DNA of 64,000 bases from Hemiscyllium ocellatum (GCF_020745735.1 NW_026867531.1:186001-250000); one strand, 5' to 3'; positions 22,990 through 37,615 are shown, numbered from the stretch's first letter. Program-made: numbers and translations. Notes: a model not told the origin generated them from the sequence alone.

Positions 22990-25285
22990 CAGTTATCAGG
23001 AGAACTCTGGTAATAAGGGAGGTAATGGATTTAAAGAGTGGAGATCCCCGGGATTTGCTCGTTACCATCCGAGTGTGTTAAAGGAAATTCCCTCATTATA
23101 ATCATTGCAGAGTATTCTCGATCGGAAAATAACACCACTCCGAGGAAAACCAGGGACACACTGAGCAGTTAGTCTAAGTGTTGGAGTTTATCATCAGGGA
23201 TGGGGTCACTGAATATCTTGTACATTTTTAAGTTAATCAATGAGCGTCATGACACGTAGGTCATGCCTGACAAACTTCTGAATTGTTTGACGAGATGACT
23301 GAGGTCGGACATGGCAATGTCAACAGAGGCAGTGCTCACATGGACTACCAGGAGGCATTTGATGAATCCCACATAATAGTCTTAGTCAGAAACCTATGAA
23401 ATTGAAGGCAAATTACTGACATGGATGGATAATGGATAGGAACTCAGATTTGGCAGGATGTGACCAGTGGTGTCCTGTTGGGATCTGTGTTTGGCTTCAG
23501 TTATTCACATTATTTATTGATTAATTGGACAATGACACAATGGCCATATATCCAAATTTGCTGATGACACAATGTTAGGTATTCAAGGTTTGTGTAAAGA
23601 TTTGTAGCTCAGGTGCCTGTTGCCATGGTTGTGGGTATGATCGCTGATCTGGGAAGTTGATTTGCAGTCATTTTTGTCTCCTATCTAGGTGACAGCTTCA
23701 ATGCATATTAGATGGCATTATAGACATGTACATCAGCGTCTCTCAACCTTTCCCTATTCAAAGCCCCCTTCTTATCCTTGAAATCATGCAACGCCTCCCA
23801 AAAGTAAAGCTTGAATTCACATATAGTACTTTCATCAATCAGTTTCTTTCGATATCAAAAGGGAAGATAATTTATCCTCAAGATTTGAGGCCATTTCATC
23901 GATGCACCTTCTCACGGAAGGTGCAAGAAGAATATGCTTGATAGTCATTGATAGTTCCTGATGTAGCACAGTTGATAATATTTTGGCAATAGCTGGAAGC
24001 ACCAACAATTCACCCACGGAATGAGGTTTACCACATTTTGCAATTAGCTTCGCTATGTTGTATGATGCCACAAGGCCATCCACATTTGTGGCTCCTATCT
24101 TTGAAAAAGCAATGGAAATCGTTGGTTGTTGATTGAATTTATTCTTAATGCTTGAAAATATGCCAAATCTTCGTCCTTTTTGTCACTATTTCTTTTCCAA
24201 ATGTTTAATAAGATAGGAAGGCTTCATGGCCTCATTGGAAAAACTTTGTTCACAGACAGAGCAAGCACAGTGGTAATTGCTTATTAGATAGAGATTGAAT
24301 AAAGCCATATCACAAATAGTCCATACTATACTGCATGCTATACTCCACTTTTTCTTACTCAATGAGGCCATTTTTACACTGTCGCTCGAATACCCAAATG
24401 GAATCATGGGTATTACCTTATCACAATTATTTTAAGACGCTCAGACAAGTGGCAAAATTTGATTGGCTAATTAGCTATAATGTGCATTCATTCTGCCACC
24501 CAAGCAGAATGCCATCTTAGAAGCGACACGAGTTAGGTGATATTGATCTCAGCAGTAGAATCAGTGCCAACTGTGAATGAGTTCAAATGGTTTGCTATTC
24601 ACGGAAAAGACTATCAATAATAGCTCAGGAACCAGTCAGAGCGCACTCCTCCATGGGTGCAGGGAAAATAACAGACTCGTGTTATGCGACTGTCCATCTG
24701 CACACAGCAATGTCCTTCAAGGACATGGCAGTCTTCCAAGTGATTGGTAAGCTCTCTACAAAGTCGTTCAGTGACCCCTTGCCGTCCCCTTTGACTTCAA
24801 CGCCGACCGAAGGAAGGGAAATGCCCCTCAGGAGGCACTTCCGCCCCCGTTGAGAAACACTGGTGTACATGATGGCATAAAATTACAAGGGGATATTCAT
24901 AGACTAGGTGGACGGGCAAAACTGTGATAGAGAGAGTTCAGTGTGAGTGTGAGGTATCAATTTTGGACTGACGGAGGATAGATCATGATGTTTTTCAAGA
25001 TGGTATGAAGTTAAGTATAGTGGAAGTCCAAAGAGACTTTGGTTTTAGGTGAATAGATCTTTAAAATGCCATGAATAGATGCAGAAAAAAATTATAATCA
25101 AACAAATGCCAGCTTTTATAACGAGAGGAAGACAGTACAAGGATGCAGAAGTTACGCTGTGAGTATTCAAAACTGTTCGAACCTTACCTGGAGTACTGAG
25201 AACAGATTTGGGCATCAGGTCTTAGGAAGGATACATTGGCTTGTAGTGAGTACAAAATATGTTTACAAGAATGAGACTTGTAGTT
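22990..25285 (+). mobile_element. Old CR1 RT relic interrupted by the hAT element
   Basis: SKFADD-type motif (atccaaatttgctgatgacac, about 23550); CR1 homology resumes after 24870. Confidence 0.65.
23734..24862 (-). mobile_element. hAT DNA transposon (Buster/Charlie subfamily), internally deleted
   Basis: TIRs cagcgtctctcaac (23734) and gttgagaaacactg (24849-24862); 8-bp TSD atgtacat/gtgtacat with central TA; transposase remnants CSVCEQSFSNEAMKPSYLIKHL (BED finger) and IAKCGKPHSVGELLVLPA...RRCIDEMA. Confidence 0.9.
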
Positions 25286-26900
25286 TATTCACTCATGGGA
25301 TGTAAGCTTTGTCGACTGGTGAGCGCTTATTATCCCACCCGAGATGCTTTTGTGAAGACGGTGGTAGTATGCCTTCTTGAATTGCTGCAGTTGATGTTGC
25401 TGGTTCATCCATCATAAGGTCAGAAGTGGGGATGGTCACTGATGATTGTAGAGTGTTTGGAATTGGCGACTCCTCAGATACTGAATAGTCCATGTTCAAA
25501 TGCAACAAGGTCTGAACAATTTCCAGAATCAGGCTGACAAGTGATAAGTAATATTTACACTAAACAAATGCAGGGCTATAACCATTACCAATAAAGACAA
25601 TCTGACCATCATCCCTGTTATTCAATTGTATTATCATCACCAAAACCCCAACTATCAACATCCTAGGCGTTACCATTGACCAGGAACTCAACTGGACTTG
25701 TCACACAAACACAGTGGCTATCGGAGCAGATCAGAGATTAGGAATCGTGTGGCAAGTAACTCAGGTTGTGACACCCAAAGCCTGATCATTATCAATATGG
25801 CACAAGTCCAGAGTCGGTTGGAGGGCAACTTGCCTGGATGAGTGCAGCTCCCACAATGCTGAAAAAGCTTGACACTATCCAGGACAGAACAGCCTGCTTC
25901 ATTGGCTTTACATCCACTCCCTCTGCCACTTATGCTCAATAGCAGTAGTGTCTACTGTCAACAAGATGCACTGCAGAAATTCACCAGAGATCCTCAGACA
26001 TCACCTTCCAAAATCATGACCACTTCTATCTCAAAGGAGAAGAGCAGCACCATCACCTTCAAGTTTCCTTCTTAACGTCCACTTAACAGTCTGACTTGGA
26101 AATACATTGCCTTTTCTTCATTGTCATTGGGTTAAAATCATGGAATTCCCTTCCTCATGTCAGTGTAGGTCAACCTACAACAGGTGAACTGCAGCGGTTC
26201 AAGAAGGCAACTCACCACCACCTCCTCAACGACAACTAGGGACAGGCATAAAATGCTGGCCAGCCAGTGATGCCCACATACTACAAATGAATAAAAGGTC
26301 CATAAGCTGTTGGTGAATCCACAATGCACTTAGGGAAGAAATTCCAGGGTTTTGATCCAGTGACTGAACAAATAGTAATATTTTTCCAATCCTGGATGGC
26401 GAGTCGTTTGGAGGGGAACTTGCTGGTGTTGGTGTTCCCATGAATCTGCTGCCCTTGTCATTCTCGAAGAAAGTGGTTTTACATGATGAATCATGTTAGG
26501 CACATATGTATTTGATTGTGATTGTTGGAGGCCAGTCACCTCAGCTCCAGGACGTGTCTTCAGGAGTTCCTCAGTGTAGTGTCTGAAGCCCAACCATCTT
26601 CAGCTGCACCATTAATGATGTTCCCTCGATTATAAGTGCAGACTAAGGATCTTTGGTGAATTTGTGCAGTTCATGTTGTTACATTGTATCCTGGGTGCCT
26701 GGTATGACTTTACCCAGCAAAGAATTTGCCACCCACCCCTCGTATTCCAGTTTTCCTACAGCTCCTTGATGCCACACACAATTGAACATGGTCTTGATGT
26801 CAAGGGCTATCACTTTGGCTTCACCTCCATGTTTGAACCAAGGTTGTAATGAGGTCAGGGACCTGTGTGGCCCTAGTGAAACCCAAACTGGGCTTCATTG
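25285..26900. mobile_element. CR1/L2-group LINE 3' ends in both orientations
   Basis: Plus-strand RT C-terminus and 3'UTR at about 25500-26300 ending gatgcccacatactacaaatgaataaaa, flanked by minus-strand copies of the same 3' end. Confidence 0.65.
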
Positions 26901-27650
26901 AGCGGATTATTACTTGAAATTTTCTTGAGAATTTAGAAGGTTAAAGGATGATCTGATTAAGGTCATTATGATATTACCAGGAAACGACAGAGTAAATTAA
27001 GATAAACTATTTCTACTGATTGGGGATTCTAGAATTAGGGTACATAGTCTGAGAATTAGGGCCTGACCACTCAGGAGAGATGTTCAAAAGCACTTCTACA
27101 TACAAGGTGGGAGATATTTAGAACTTTTTTCTCAAATGGCAGTGCATGTTAGATTAGTTGATTTTCAATCTGTGATAGGTAACATTTTGTTATGAAGGGA
27201 TGTTGACCAAAGGCAGCTTTGGCACTTAGGTGTAGATAGGCTATGGCTTATCACAATTAATACGATATTAACAAAATGCAAACTAACAATTTACACTATA
27301 AATCTAATGAACTGTCTTGTGCTTTAGCTTAACTCTAATTAACCTTAGGATGCTGACGTCAGCGTGTACAAGGGGGCATAACTACAAATTGAGGGTGATA
27401 GATTTAAAACAAATGTCAGAGGCAGGTTCTTTACGCAGAGAGTGGTAAGGGTGTAGAATGTCCTACCTGCTAATGTAGTCAACTCAGCCACATTAGGGAT
27501 TTAAACAATCCTTCGATAAGCACATGGATGATTTTGGGATAATGGAACGAGCTGAGAATAGTTCACAGGTCGGTGCAACATCGAGGGGCGAAAAGCCTCT
27601 TCTGCGCTGTATTGTTCTATGTTCTATGTTCTCTATGTTCTATAATCTAC
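26900..27650 (+). mobile_element. Two CR1 3' ends
   Basis: RGDLI-type and GHNYKL remnants; (ttctatg)n tail at about 27612-27645. Confidence 0.7.
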
Positions 27651-28159
27651 ATGATGATGATCATCTAGTCATCTTCTCCTGCTGGTTTCAGGCATGTCTT
27701 CACGTGGTTGGTCTCAGGTTACCGCTCCTGAGGATGGTCTTGCAATGATCCTTACACTTTGAGGATTCTCCCAAAAGGGTATAAAGACTTCAGCATCCAC
27801 CAATACATTGATCAGGAAGCCATCTCTAAGTAAGGGCTAAGGCACCCCTGCGTATGGTAAACAGCTTAATTTTTCCAGTTGTCCTGGGGATGGTATTCAG
27901 GTAAATTCAACTCAATTGAAATTCAAGTGTATATTGTATTGTCTACAGCTGCTGAGTCAATTGTATACTGTCTGTCTGTAGCTGCAGTCTGCCTGGATTC
28001 TGCACTTTTGGTTAAAGCTTGTCTCAATTTCCCAGCATGCCTCACTTATTGTCCATTTCTCATAAGTCCACCATTTTGAGTGGCCTGCCTGGCCACAAGG
28101 CCCTTCAGCTCTCCAAGTCTGCGCCAACTCATTTCGCCCTTCTATACTAAAACCGTCCT

Positions 28160-30220
28160 CACAGAACATAGAACATAGAACAATACAGCACAGAACAGGC
28201 CTTTCGGCCCACGATGTTGTGCCGAACATCTATCCTAGATTAAGCACCCATGCATGTACCTATCCAATTGCCGCTTAAAGGTCTCCAATGATTCTGACTC
28301 TACCACTCCCACGGGCAGCGCATTCCATGCCCCCACCACTCTCTGGATAAAGAACCCACCCCTGACATCTCCCCTATACCTTCCACCCTTCACCTTAAAT
28401 TTATGTCCCCTTGTAACACTCTGTTGTACCCGGGGAAAAAGTTTCTGACTGTCTACTCTGTCTATTCCTCTGATCATCTTATAAACCTCTATCAAGTCAC
28501 CCCTCATCCTTCGCCGTTCCAACGAGAAAAGGCCGAGAACTCTCAACCTATCCTCGTACGACCTATTCTCCATTCCAGGCAACATCCTGGTAAATCTTCT
28601 CTGCACCCTCTCCAAAGCTTCCACATCTTTCCTAAAGTGAGGCGACCAGAACTGCACACAGTACTCCAAATGTGGCCGAACCAAAGTCCTGTACAGCTGC
28701 AACATCACTTCACGACTCTTGAATTCAATCCTTCTGCTAATGAACGCTAATACACCATAGGCCTTCTTACAAGCTCTAGCCACCTGAGTGGCAACTTTCA
28801 AAGATCTATGTACATAGACCCCAAGATCCCTCTGTTCCTCCACCTGACTAAAAACCCTACCGTTAACCCTGTATTCCACATTCTTATTTGTTCTTCCAAA
28901 ATGGACAACCTCACACTTGGCAGGGTTGAACTCCATCTGCCACTCCTCAGCCCAGCTCTGCATCATATCTAAGTCCCTTTGCAGCCGACAACAGCCCTCC
29001 TCACTGTCCACAACTCCACCAATCTTCGTATCATCTGCAAATTTACTGACCCACCCTTCAACTCCCTCATCCAAGTCATTAATAAAAATTACAAACAGCA
29101 GAGGACCCAGAACTGATCCCTGCGGAACTCCACTTGTAACTGGGCTCCAGGCTGAATATTTACCATCTACCACCACTCTCTGACTTCGACCAGGTTAGCC
29201 AGTTTTCTATCCAATTGGCCAAATTTCCCTCTATCCCATGCCTCCTGACTTTCCGCATAAGCCTATCATGGGGAACCTTATCAAATGCCTTACTAAAATC
29301 CATGTACACTAGATCCACTGCTCTACCCTCATCCACATGCTTGGTCACCTCAAGGAATTCAATAAGACTTGTAAGGCAAGACCTACCCTTCACAAATCCG
29401 TGCTGGTTGTCCCTAATCAAGCAGTGTCTTTCCAGATACTTTTTTGAACAGGGGCACAACATTCGCTACTCTCCAGTCCCCTGGTACCACCCCTGTTGAC
29501 AGTGAAGATCATTGCCAACGGTACTGCAATTTCCTCTCTTGCTTCCCACATAATCCTAGGATGTATCCCGTCAGGCCCGGGGGACTTGTCTATCCTCAAG
29601 TTGTTCAAAACGTCCAACACATCTTCCTTCCTAACAAGTATCTCTTCTAGCTTACCAGTCCGTTTCACACTCTCCTCTTCAACAATACGGTCCCTCTCGT
29701 TCATAAATACTGAAGAAAAGTACTCATTCAAGACCTCTCCTATCTCTTCCGACTCAATACACAATCTCCCACTACTGTCCTTGATCGGACCTACCCTCAT
29801 TCTCGTCATTCTCATGTTTCTCACATACGCATAAAATGCCTTGGGGTTATCCTTGATCCTATCCGCCAAGGATTTTTCATGCCCTCTCTTAGCTCTCCTA
29901 ATCCCTTTCTTCAGGTCCCTTCTGGCTATCCTGTATCCATCCACTGCTCTGTCTGAACCCTGTTTCCTCAACCTTATGTAAGCCTCCTTCTTCCTCTTTA
30001 CTAGACATTCAACCTCCCTCGTCAACCAAGGCTCCCTCACACGACCATTTCTTTCCTGCCTGATAGGTACATACATATCAAGGACACGTCGTATCTGCTC
30101 CTTGAAAAAGTTCCACATTTCCACCACATCCTTCCCTGACAGCCTATGCTCCCAACTTATGTTCCTCAAATCCTGTCTTACAGCATCGTAATTTCCCTTC
30201 CCCCAATTGCATTCCCCCAC
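28160..30220 (-). mobile_element. Relatively young 5'-truncated CR1 LINE (RT domain)
   Basis: ORFs 29417-30355, 29160-29462 and 28235-29176 with [24 protein letters not shown] and FADD motifs; (agaacat)n tail at about 28163-28185. Confidence 0.95.
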
Positions 30221-30238
30221 AGGATCCATATCCCTCGA

Positions 30239-30960
30239 CAGTGGAACCTCGATTATCCAAAGTCCTTGGGCGAGCAGGTTTTCATTCAGGTAATTGATCA
30301 TTCGGTAAATTGATTTGACGTTAAACAATTGAAGCTGCATCGCCCATAATTGCATTAAAAAGCATGCTAACAGTGTGTTTATTTCATTTGATCACTAAAA
30401 TCTTCACAAACACTGCATATTGCTTAAAAATTCATGACATTTTACAACTCAGATCACATTTTATGTACTTGTGCAATTAAAAAAAATCATTGAGGTGGAG
30501 GTTATTTATTATTTCCAAAGAAATTATCCAGCGGCTGTTGTTTGAGGAAGTGCTGTCTCTTTTTTGTTTCCAAACAATAACATGTGACGAAGATGCATCA
30601 GTTTAACAGCATCAACTTCATCTTGTGTTTCATACCACTCCATGAAAAGTCGCAAACTGTCAATAGCTTCATTAACTGGAGGTGATGCCGGTATCAGAAT
30701 TTCCTTACTATCCACACCATTCATACAGTCCTGCTGTTCCTCTGTGACTACGTTGACTATTTGATCATTGGAGAATGTCTCTGTTTCAATTTCATTGTCA
30801 GAGTTCACCCAAGCATCAATCTCTGTCTCTGCAAAGTCTCCTAAACCCAGGTGTCTGCAGTTTTCAGTGATTTCAGTGGTTATGCTTTGTTCTGAACGGG
30901 TGTCCACTTCACTGGCACAGCTCCCAATACACAAGCTATTGTACCAACAGTCTGCAATTG
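30239..30960 (-). mobile_element. Tigger/pogo DNA transposon 3' fragment
   Basis: Terminal cagtggaacctcgattatcc (pogo/Tigger-type TIR); ORF 30524-30934 with an acidic Tigger C-terminus (IDAWVNSDNEIET...EAIDSLRLFMEWYE). Confidence 0.7.
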
Positions 30961-31594
30961 TTGATGGCTTGATGTGGTCCCATCAATACTCTCCTGATGT
31001 TCTCTCTCTCTCCTCTCTTCTGAACCTTGCTCTTTTGTCTTTTAGTTAGAGGAGGAAGGGGGCTGACCATTCCTTAACACCAGGTTGGTCCACGATGCTC
31101 TGCAAAGTCCACTCCCAAAATAGTTTTTTTAATTTCAAAAATAAATTTATTCATAAGAAATCTCATAATGTCTTTATAAATACATTGGCACAAGTGCGGT
31201 TCAGTTCTATACAGTTGCATATCAAATAAGCAAACAAAACATTGGACTTTGACCTGTCCAAATACCCAAAGACTTCTCTTATATATGCAATACTAATAGT
31301 TACATAAATGAGGCAGTTTCTCAAATATATCTACCTATTAGTATTTGCACACAAGAGTGGATTTTGCTTCCGTTTTTTGGCAGAATCCAAGTCCAATGTT
31401 TTGTTTGTTTATTTGATGTGACACCGTACAGTCCACTTCCAGAATGCAAATGAGAAATGTCTCAGCTCCTCCAGTTAGATGCACTTCCTCCTGCTGGTCA
31501 CCTGGGGTGGTCTTCCACGATGCTCTCCACATCCATGCTGATTGTGAAGTCCACTCTCAGAATGCAAATAAGTGATGTCTCCACACCTTTAGAT

Positions 31595-34180
31595 TGAACA
31601 TAGAACATTATGGTGCAGTACAGGCCCTTCGGCCCTTGATGTTGCACTGACCTGTGGAACTAATCTGAAGTCCATCTATCCTGCACTATTCCATTTTCAT
31701 CCAGATGGTTATCCAATGCCCATTCTAATGCCCTAAAGGTTGGCAAGTCTACTCCTATTGCAAGCAGTGTGTTCTACGCCCCTACTCCTCTCTGAGTAAA
31801 GAAACTATCTCAGACATCTGTCCTATATCTATCACCCCCAATTTAAAGCTATTTCCCCTTGTGCCAGCCATCACTATCTGAGAAGAAAAACTCTCACTGT
31901 ACACTCTATCTAACCCTCTGATTATCTTGTATGTCTCAATTAAGTCACCTCTCAACCTTCTCTCTAATGAAAACAGCTCAAGTACTTCAGCCTTTCCTCT
32001 TAAGACCTTCCCTCCATAACAAGCAACATCCTAGCAAAGTTTCTCTGCATCCTTTCCAAAATTTCCACATCCTTCCTATAATGCGGTGACCAGAACTGTA
32101 AGTAATACTCGAAGAGCAGCCGCACTAGAGTTTTGTACCACTGCAGCACAACCTCATGACTCTGAAACTCCATCCCTCTACCAATTAAAGCTAACACACT
32201 GAGTGCCAACTTAACAACCCTATCAACCTGGGTGCCAACTTTCAGGGATCCATGTACATGGACACCGAGATCTATCTGCTCAGCTACACTACCTAGAATC
32301 TTACCATTAGCCCAGTACTCTGTTTTCCTGTTGTTCCTTCCAAAGTGAATCACCTCACGTTTTTGCATTAAGCTCAATATGCCACCTCAGCCCAGCTCTG
32401 CAGCTTACGTATGTCCCTCTGTAACCTGCAACATCCTTTGGCACTGTCCACAACCCCATTGACCTTAGTGTCATCCATAAATTTACTAACCTATCCTTCT
32501 ACACCTTCATCTAGGTCATTTATAAAAGTGACAAACAGCAGTGGCGGCAAAACAGATCCTTGCGTTACACCACTGGTAATTGAACTCCAGGATGAACCTT
32601 TCCCATCAACCAACACTTTTCAGCTAGTCAATTTTCAGTCTTTCAGCTAGCCAACTTCTGATACAAACCATTAAATTTCCCTCGATTCCGTGCCTCGCTA
32701 TTTTCTGCAATAGCATACCATGAGGATCTGTATCAAACGCCTTACTGAAAACCACATCAACCACCTTACCCTGATCCACCTGTTTGGTCACCATCTTAAA
32801 GCACTCAAGAAGATTTGTGAGGCACAATCTCCCCTTCACAAAACCGTGTTGTCTACCCCTAATCAACTTATTCCTCTCTAGGTAATTATAAATCCTTTCT
32901 CTTATGACTTTTTCGGACACTTTACCCACAACTGAAGTAAGGCTCACTGATCTATAATTACCGGGGTTGACTCTATTCCCCTTCTTGAACAAGAGGGAGT
33001 TGTCCTCCAGTCTTCTGGCACTATTCCTGTAGACAATGACAACACAAAGATCAAAACCAAAGGCTCTGCAATCTCCTCTCTGCCTTCCCAGAGAATCCTG
33101 GAATAAATCCCATCCGACCGAGGTGACTCATCTATTTTCACACTTTCCAAAATTGCTCACACCTCCTCTTTGTGAACTGAATTCCATCTAGTAGCCTGTT
33201 TCTCAGTATTCTCCTCGACAATATTGTCTTTTTCCAGTGTGAATACTGATGAAAGATATTCATTTAGCAATTCCCCTACCTCTTCAAACTCCACCCACAA
33301 CTTCCAACTCCGGTTCTTGATTGGCCTTAATCTTTCTCCAGTCATTCTTTTATTCCTGATATACCCATAGAACGCTTTAGAGGACACTGGTGGTTCTTAG
33401 CCTTCTCTTTAGGTCTTTTCTGGCTGACTTGTAAATCTAAAGTGCCCTAAAGTGTCTCATCCTAATAGAAGCCTTTTTCTTCTTCTTGACAAGAGATTCA
33501 AACTTTTTAGAAAACTATAGCTCTATCGCTCGACAATTTCCTCCCTGCCTGACAGGCACATGCTTATCAAGGACGCACAGTAGCTGTTCCTTGATAAAGC
33601 TTCACATTTCAACTGTGCCCAACCCCTGCAGTTTCCTTCCCTATTCTATGCATCCTAAATCTTGCCTAGTCGCATCATAATTGCCTGTCCTCCAGCAATA
33701 ACTCTTACACTGCCGCATATACCTATCCCTTTCCATCACTAAAGTAAACATAACTCGAATTGTGGTCACTGTCACCAAAGTGCTCACCTACCTCCAAATC
33801 TAATACCTGGCTGGGTTCCTTACCCAGTACCAAATCCAATGTGGCCTCGCCCCTTGTTGGCTTGTCTACATACTGTGTCAGGAAAACATCCTGTATACAT
33901 TGGACAAAAACTGACCCATCTAAAGTACTCGAGCTATTGTATTTCCAGTCAATATTTTTAAAGTTAAAATCCCCCGTAACAATAATCTTGTTACTCTTGC
34001 TGCTATCCAGAATTATCTTTGGTATCCTTTCCTCTACATCACTGGAACTATTCGGAGGCCGAGAGAAAACTCCCAACAGAGTGCTTTCTCCTTTACTGTT
34101 GCTTACCTCAGCTCGTGCTACCTCAGTAGTTGAGTCCTCAAATGTCCTTTCTGCCACTATCCTTGACTAAGTGCACATCT
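31595..34180 (-). mobile_element. CR1 LINE ORF2 relic (endonuclease plus RT)
   Basis: ORF 33723-34157 IIVTGDFNFKNIDW...TLDLVLG...FGDSDHN (APE domain); 32624-32992 PGNYRSVSLTS...QHGFVKG; (agaacat) tail at about 31597. Confidence 0.92.
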
Positions 34181-34199
34181 CTCCCTCTTTTAGCATCTT

Positions 34200-34720
34200 C
34201 ACAGTTGCATGTGAGTAGTTTTGGACCCAATATTTAAGGAAAGCTATTATTTCATTGGAGGCAGTTCCAGAACATTGATGTGGGTGATCCCTGATCAAGA
34301 GGTAAAGGCTAAACAGGCTGAGAATTTAGAAGAATGCGATATGATCTCATTGCAACATATAGGGTTCTTAAGGGACTTGACAGGGTAAATGCTGAGAGGA
34401 TATTATCCCTCACGGGAGAGTCGAGGACCAGAGGGGATGGTCTCATAATGAAGGGTTGACAATTTAAGACTGAGATGCAGAGGAATTTGTTCCTAGGTTT
34501 GAGAGTCTTTGGAACTCCTCATTACATAGAGCTGTGGGAGTAACATCCCTGTCTATATTTAAAGCTGAGATAAATTCTTGAGCAGTAGGAGAATTGAGGT
34601 AATAGGAAAATACAGAAAAGTAAATAGTGTGGAATGTCGTATCAGCAATGATCCTAACGAACGATGGAGCAGGCTTAATGAGCCAAATGGTCTGTTCCTA
34701 TTCCTATTTCTTATGGTTTA
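34200..34720 (+). mobile_element. Degenerate CR1 3' end
   Basis: RGDLI/GHSL-type remnants and a ttcttatggtt tail. Confidence 0.6.
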
Positions 34721-37615
34721 GGACCTTGAGCTATAATTAACCTATATCACGTTCTCCTTTCCCACAACATCACTCACATTTTCCATTGCTGTGACCTCAG
34801 GCACATTAGTCGAAAGTGGATGCAAGTAGAACATCTACAGAAGTCCGTGCCTGGCATTAGGAACCTATTGGAAGTAGATTATTCCTATTGGACACTGGCC
34901 TATGTTATATCTCAGCAGGGGTCAAGTAGCTGGTGTCATGGAAGTTAAATTGACTCGACTCAAATGCTAGCAAGAGCATAGACAAAGCTTTATTGTAACC
35001 TCTACAGGGGGCTAATAGATTTGGCAAAAATGTCTTATATAAGGGCCCTGAACAAGTTTCACATATTCTCTTTATACTATTTTTTGCTTATTCTTATCAC
35101 AAGCTCAAGCACAAGGGTTGGGAACATTCAAGCCTCTTCCTGCCCACCCCCCATTCTTCACTCCCTCCAAAATCATTGCCATGGGTCTCCAGAGTCTGGT
35201 GACATTTGATGAAATATGCCTACATATTTGAAGAAATATGGCTATGGATTAGGACCGGCTCCTGGTCTCCTTGCCTTGGTCTATCTCCCATACAATGTCG
35301 CTATTGAATGCTTTGCACTTTTTATAATTTAAGTTGGCCAGAGGTCATGTGTATCCACGGAGTCAGGCACATTCCCTAGTAATAGGTATTTGTTTGAATC
35401 GAGCTTATAAAGTGTTTTCATGGCAAATTCAATACAGGCAGCATCACATCCACACCGTTTCACTGATGTCATCAATTAACAGAAGTCTAAATACTGAGGT
35501 GATTACACTGCTCTGGGTCAGAGACCTGTAATTATTCCTGGGTTTATTATGGTCAGATCTTTCAGTAAACTGCGAATGGATGAAGGAGCAGGAAAGGAAA
35601 AGGAATAAAATTCTCTTTTCAACAAAACAGCCAATACTGACTAATATGACATGAACCTTCAGTAAATTTGAATAATGAGAAATTACTATGTTCGGATTCT
35701 GATCAAACATTGAGTTACAAATTGTGCTTGTAAGGGTTAAATTAGCAATAGTGTATAAAGACCTTGAGTTTCTTGTTCCGAGATAAGGAAGTTAAACTTG
35801 AATCCTTGCATTTGGGATATTTCCCCTCTGTCCCAGTGCAGACAAGTCTTTATTTGACCTATTTACTCCCCACCCACCAGCTCCTGCCCTCACAGCCAAA
35901 ACTCTCGATGTTGATAAGAAGTGCCAAATATTAACTTTGTGATCATGCACATATTTAAAATGATTTAACTGATATTTTATGACCAGTTGCGGCTGTGAAA
36001 ATGTTGACACCTCACACTGTGAATTAAGTGGAAATCTAAGTTTGTCAGAAACTAAAGGGAACACATTGGCAAGTAAGTTTGGTCTAATATCAGATTAAAT
36101 CTGCTATATTAGGGATCCAATAATGAGAAAGGGAAGTGCTGGCAGTTGTTGTCAGATTATGTCAGGATTGCCTCACGAAGGCATCCCACAGCAGCGTGGT
36201 GAACACAAACACAGATGAGAACAATTACAGAAAACAACTGCTTGACTGGTTCAGAAATGCTTGGCTTATTTTGAGAGACCAATCTTAAATCAGCATAAAA
36301 CATCCAAAGTTTTTCAATGGTCCGTTGAATTTTGCCTGTTTTTCAGTATAAAGGTATTGCATAGCCCAGAAATGGCTTTAAACAAGGATGACGTACTGTG
36401 ACATACTGAAGAAATGGTTTTCTCTTTCTTTCGCTCTGTGCTGTCTCTTCCATACCCCAACCCCTGCATTCCCTCATTGTGGTGTACTGTAGACATCCTG
36501 TGGAAGTCAAAAGAATCCCATACCAACACGACCAAGATGGTTCATGAGGCATCTTGAAAACAAATAAAATCCCAGCAGCATTTTTTAGATCATAGGACAG
36601 CATTGTCAACACACTCCAGGGGGATGGGTGGTGAAGACAGCAATAACTAGTTACATTAGCAAGATTACAAGACTGGGATACAAGGTGTACTGCTTTGTCA
36701 TTACCCCCTCATTAACTTCACCATTGCAAGGCTAAAATCAGGAGCATTGGAATCCTCACTGCTCACCTGGTGATTTGTTTAATTGCAACAATAGTCAAGA
36801 AGCTCAATATGATCAAAGAGAGAGCAGTTTGATTGACTGGCAAAAGAACTAACGTACCTAATTTCCACTCCCTTCACCATCACTGAGCTACGATGTTGGG
36901 CTACCTAGCACTTACACTCGACGGAATGAACTGCAGCAACTCATTAGACTTACACTGAAAGGACCTTTCCTGTCTATAATCTCTATTTCTGAACAGAACA
37001 ATAATCAGCTAAAGGTCTGTTCCACCTGATTCTGACTTTGCATGGATATCTCTGTTCTTTTATTATCACTATGGCAAAATAATGCGATTTATTAAAATTG
37101 CAGTCATTGACTAACTTAGGAAAACTAGTCGACCAGACTTGGAATATTGAATCTCAAGTCTGTGATTTCTTTTTTGTTAAATTGCTTTAGACTTAATTCT
37201 GAATAAGTTTACTGATGTTAAATGAGTTAATTTGTGCTCTTTGATGAATTGCAGTTCTGGAAACATTGTCAGTGCAAACAGTGAGGAAAATGGGAATGCA
37301 GGTTCTCCTGGATCAAGTGAAGTAATTACAAAGTAAGCTTAGTTGCATGCATGACTAAGTTAGTCATTATATCAGGATATGACAAACCATTAGGAAATAA
37401 CTGGTGAGCTGGTAGTTTATGCAATGTTATACAACGATCAATGGTAACAACTCGGAGGCAATGATTTGATCAGCTCTCAAAGAGGAACTTACCTATGTTC
37501 ACTCCCAAGTCCTTTTACTATGTGATACTGCAAAACCTCTCCTTATGAAAATTGTAGATTCCTTTTGAAGACCTCAGTTGAAGCTGCCTCCACCACTAAA
37601 CTATCAGGCAGAACA

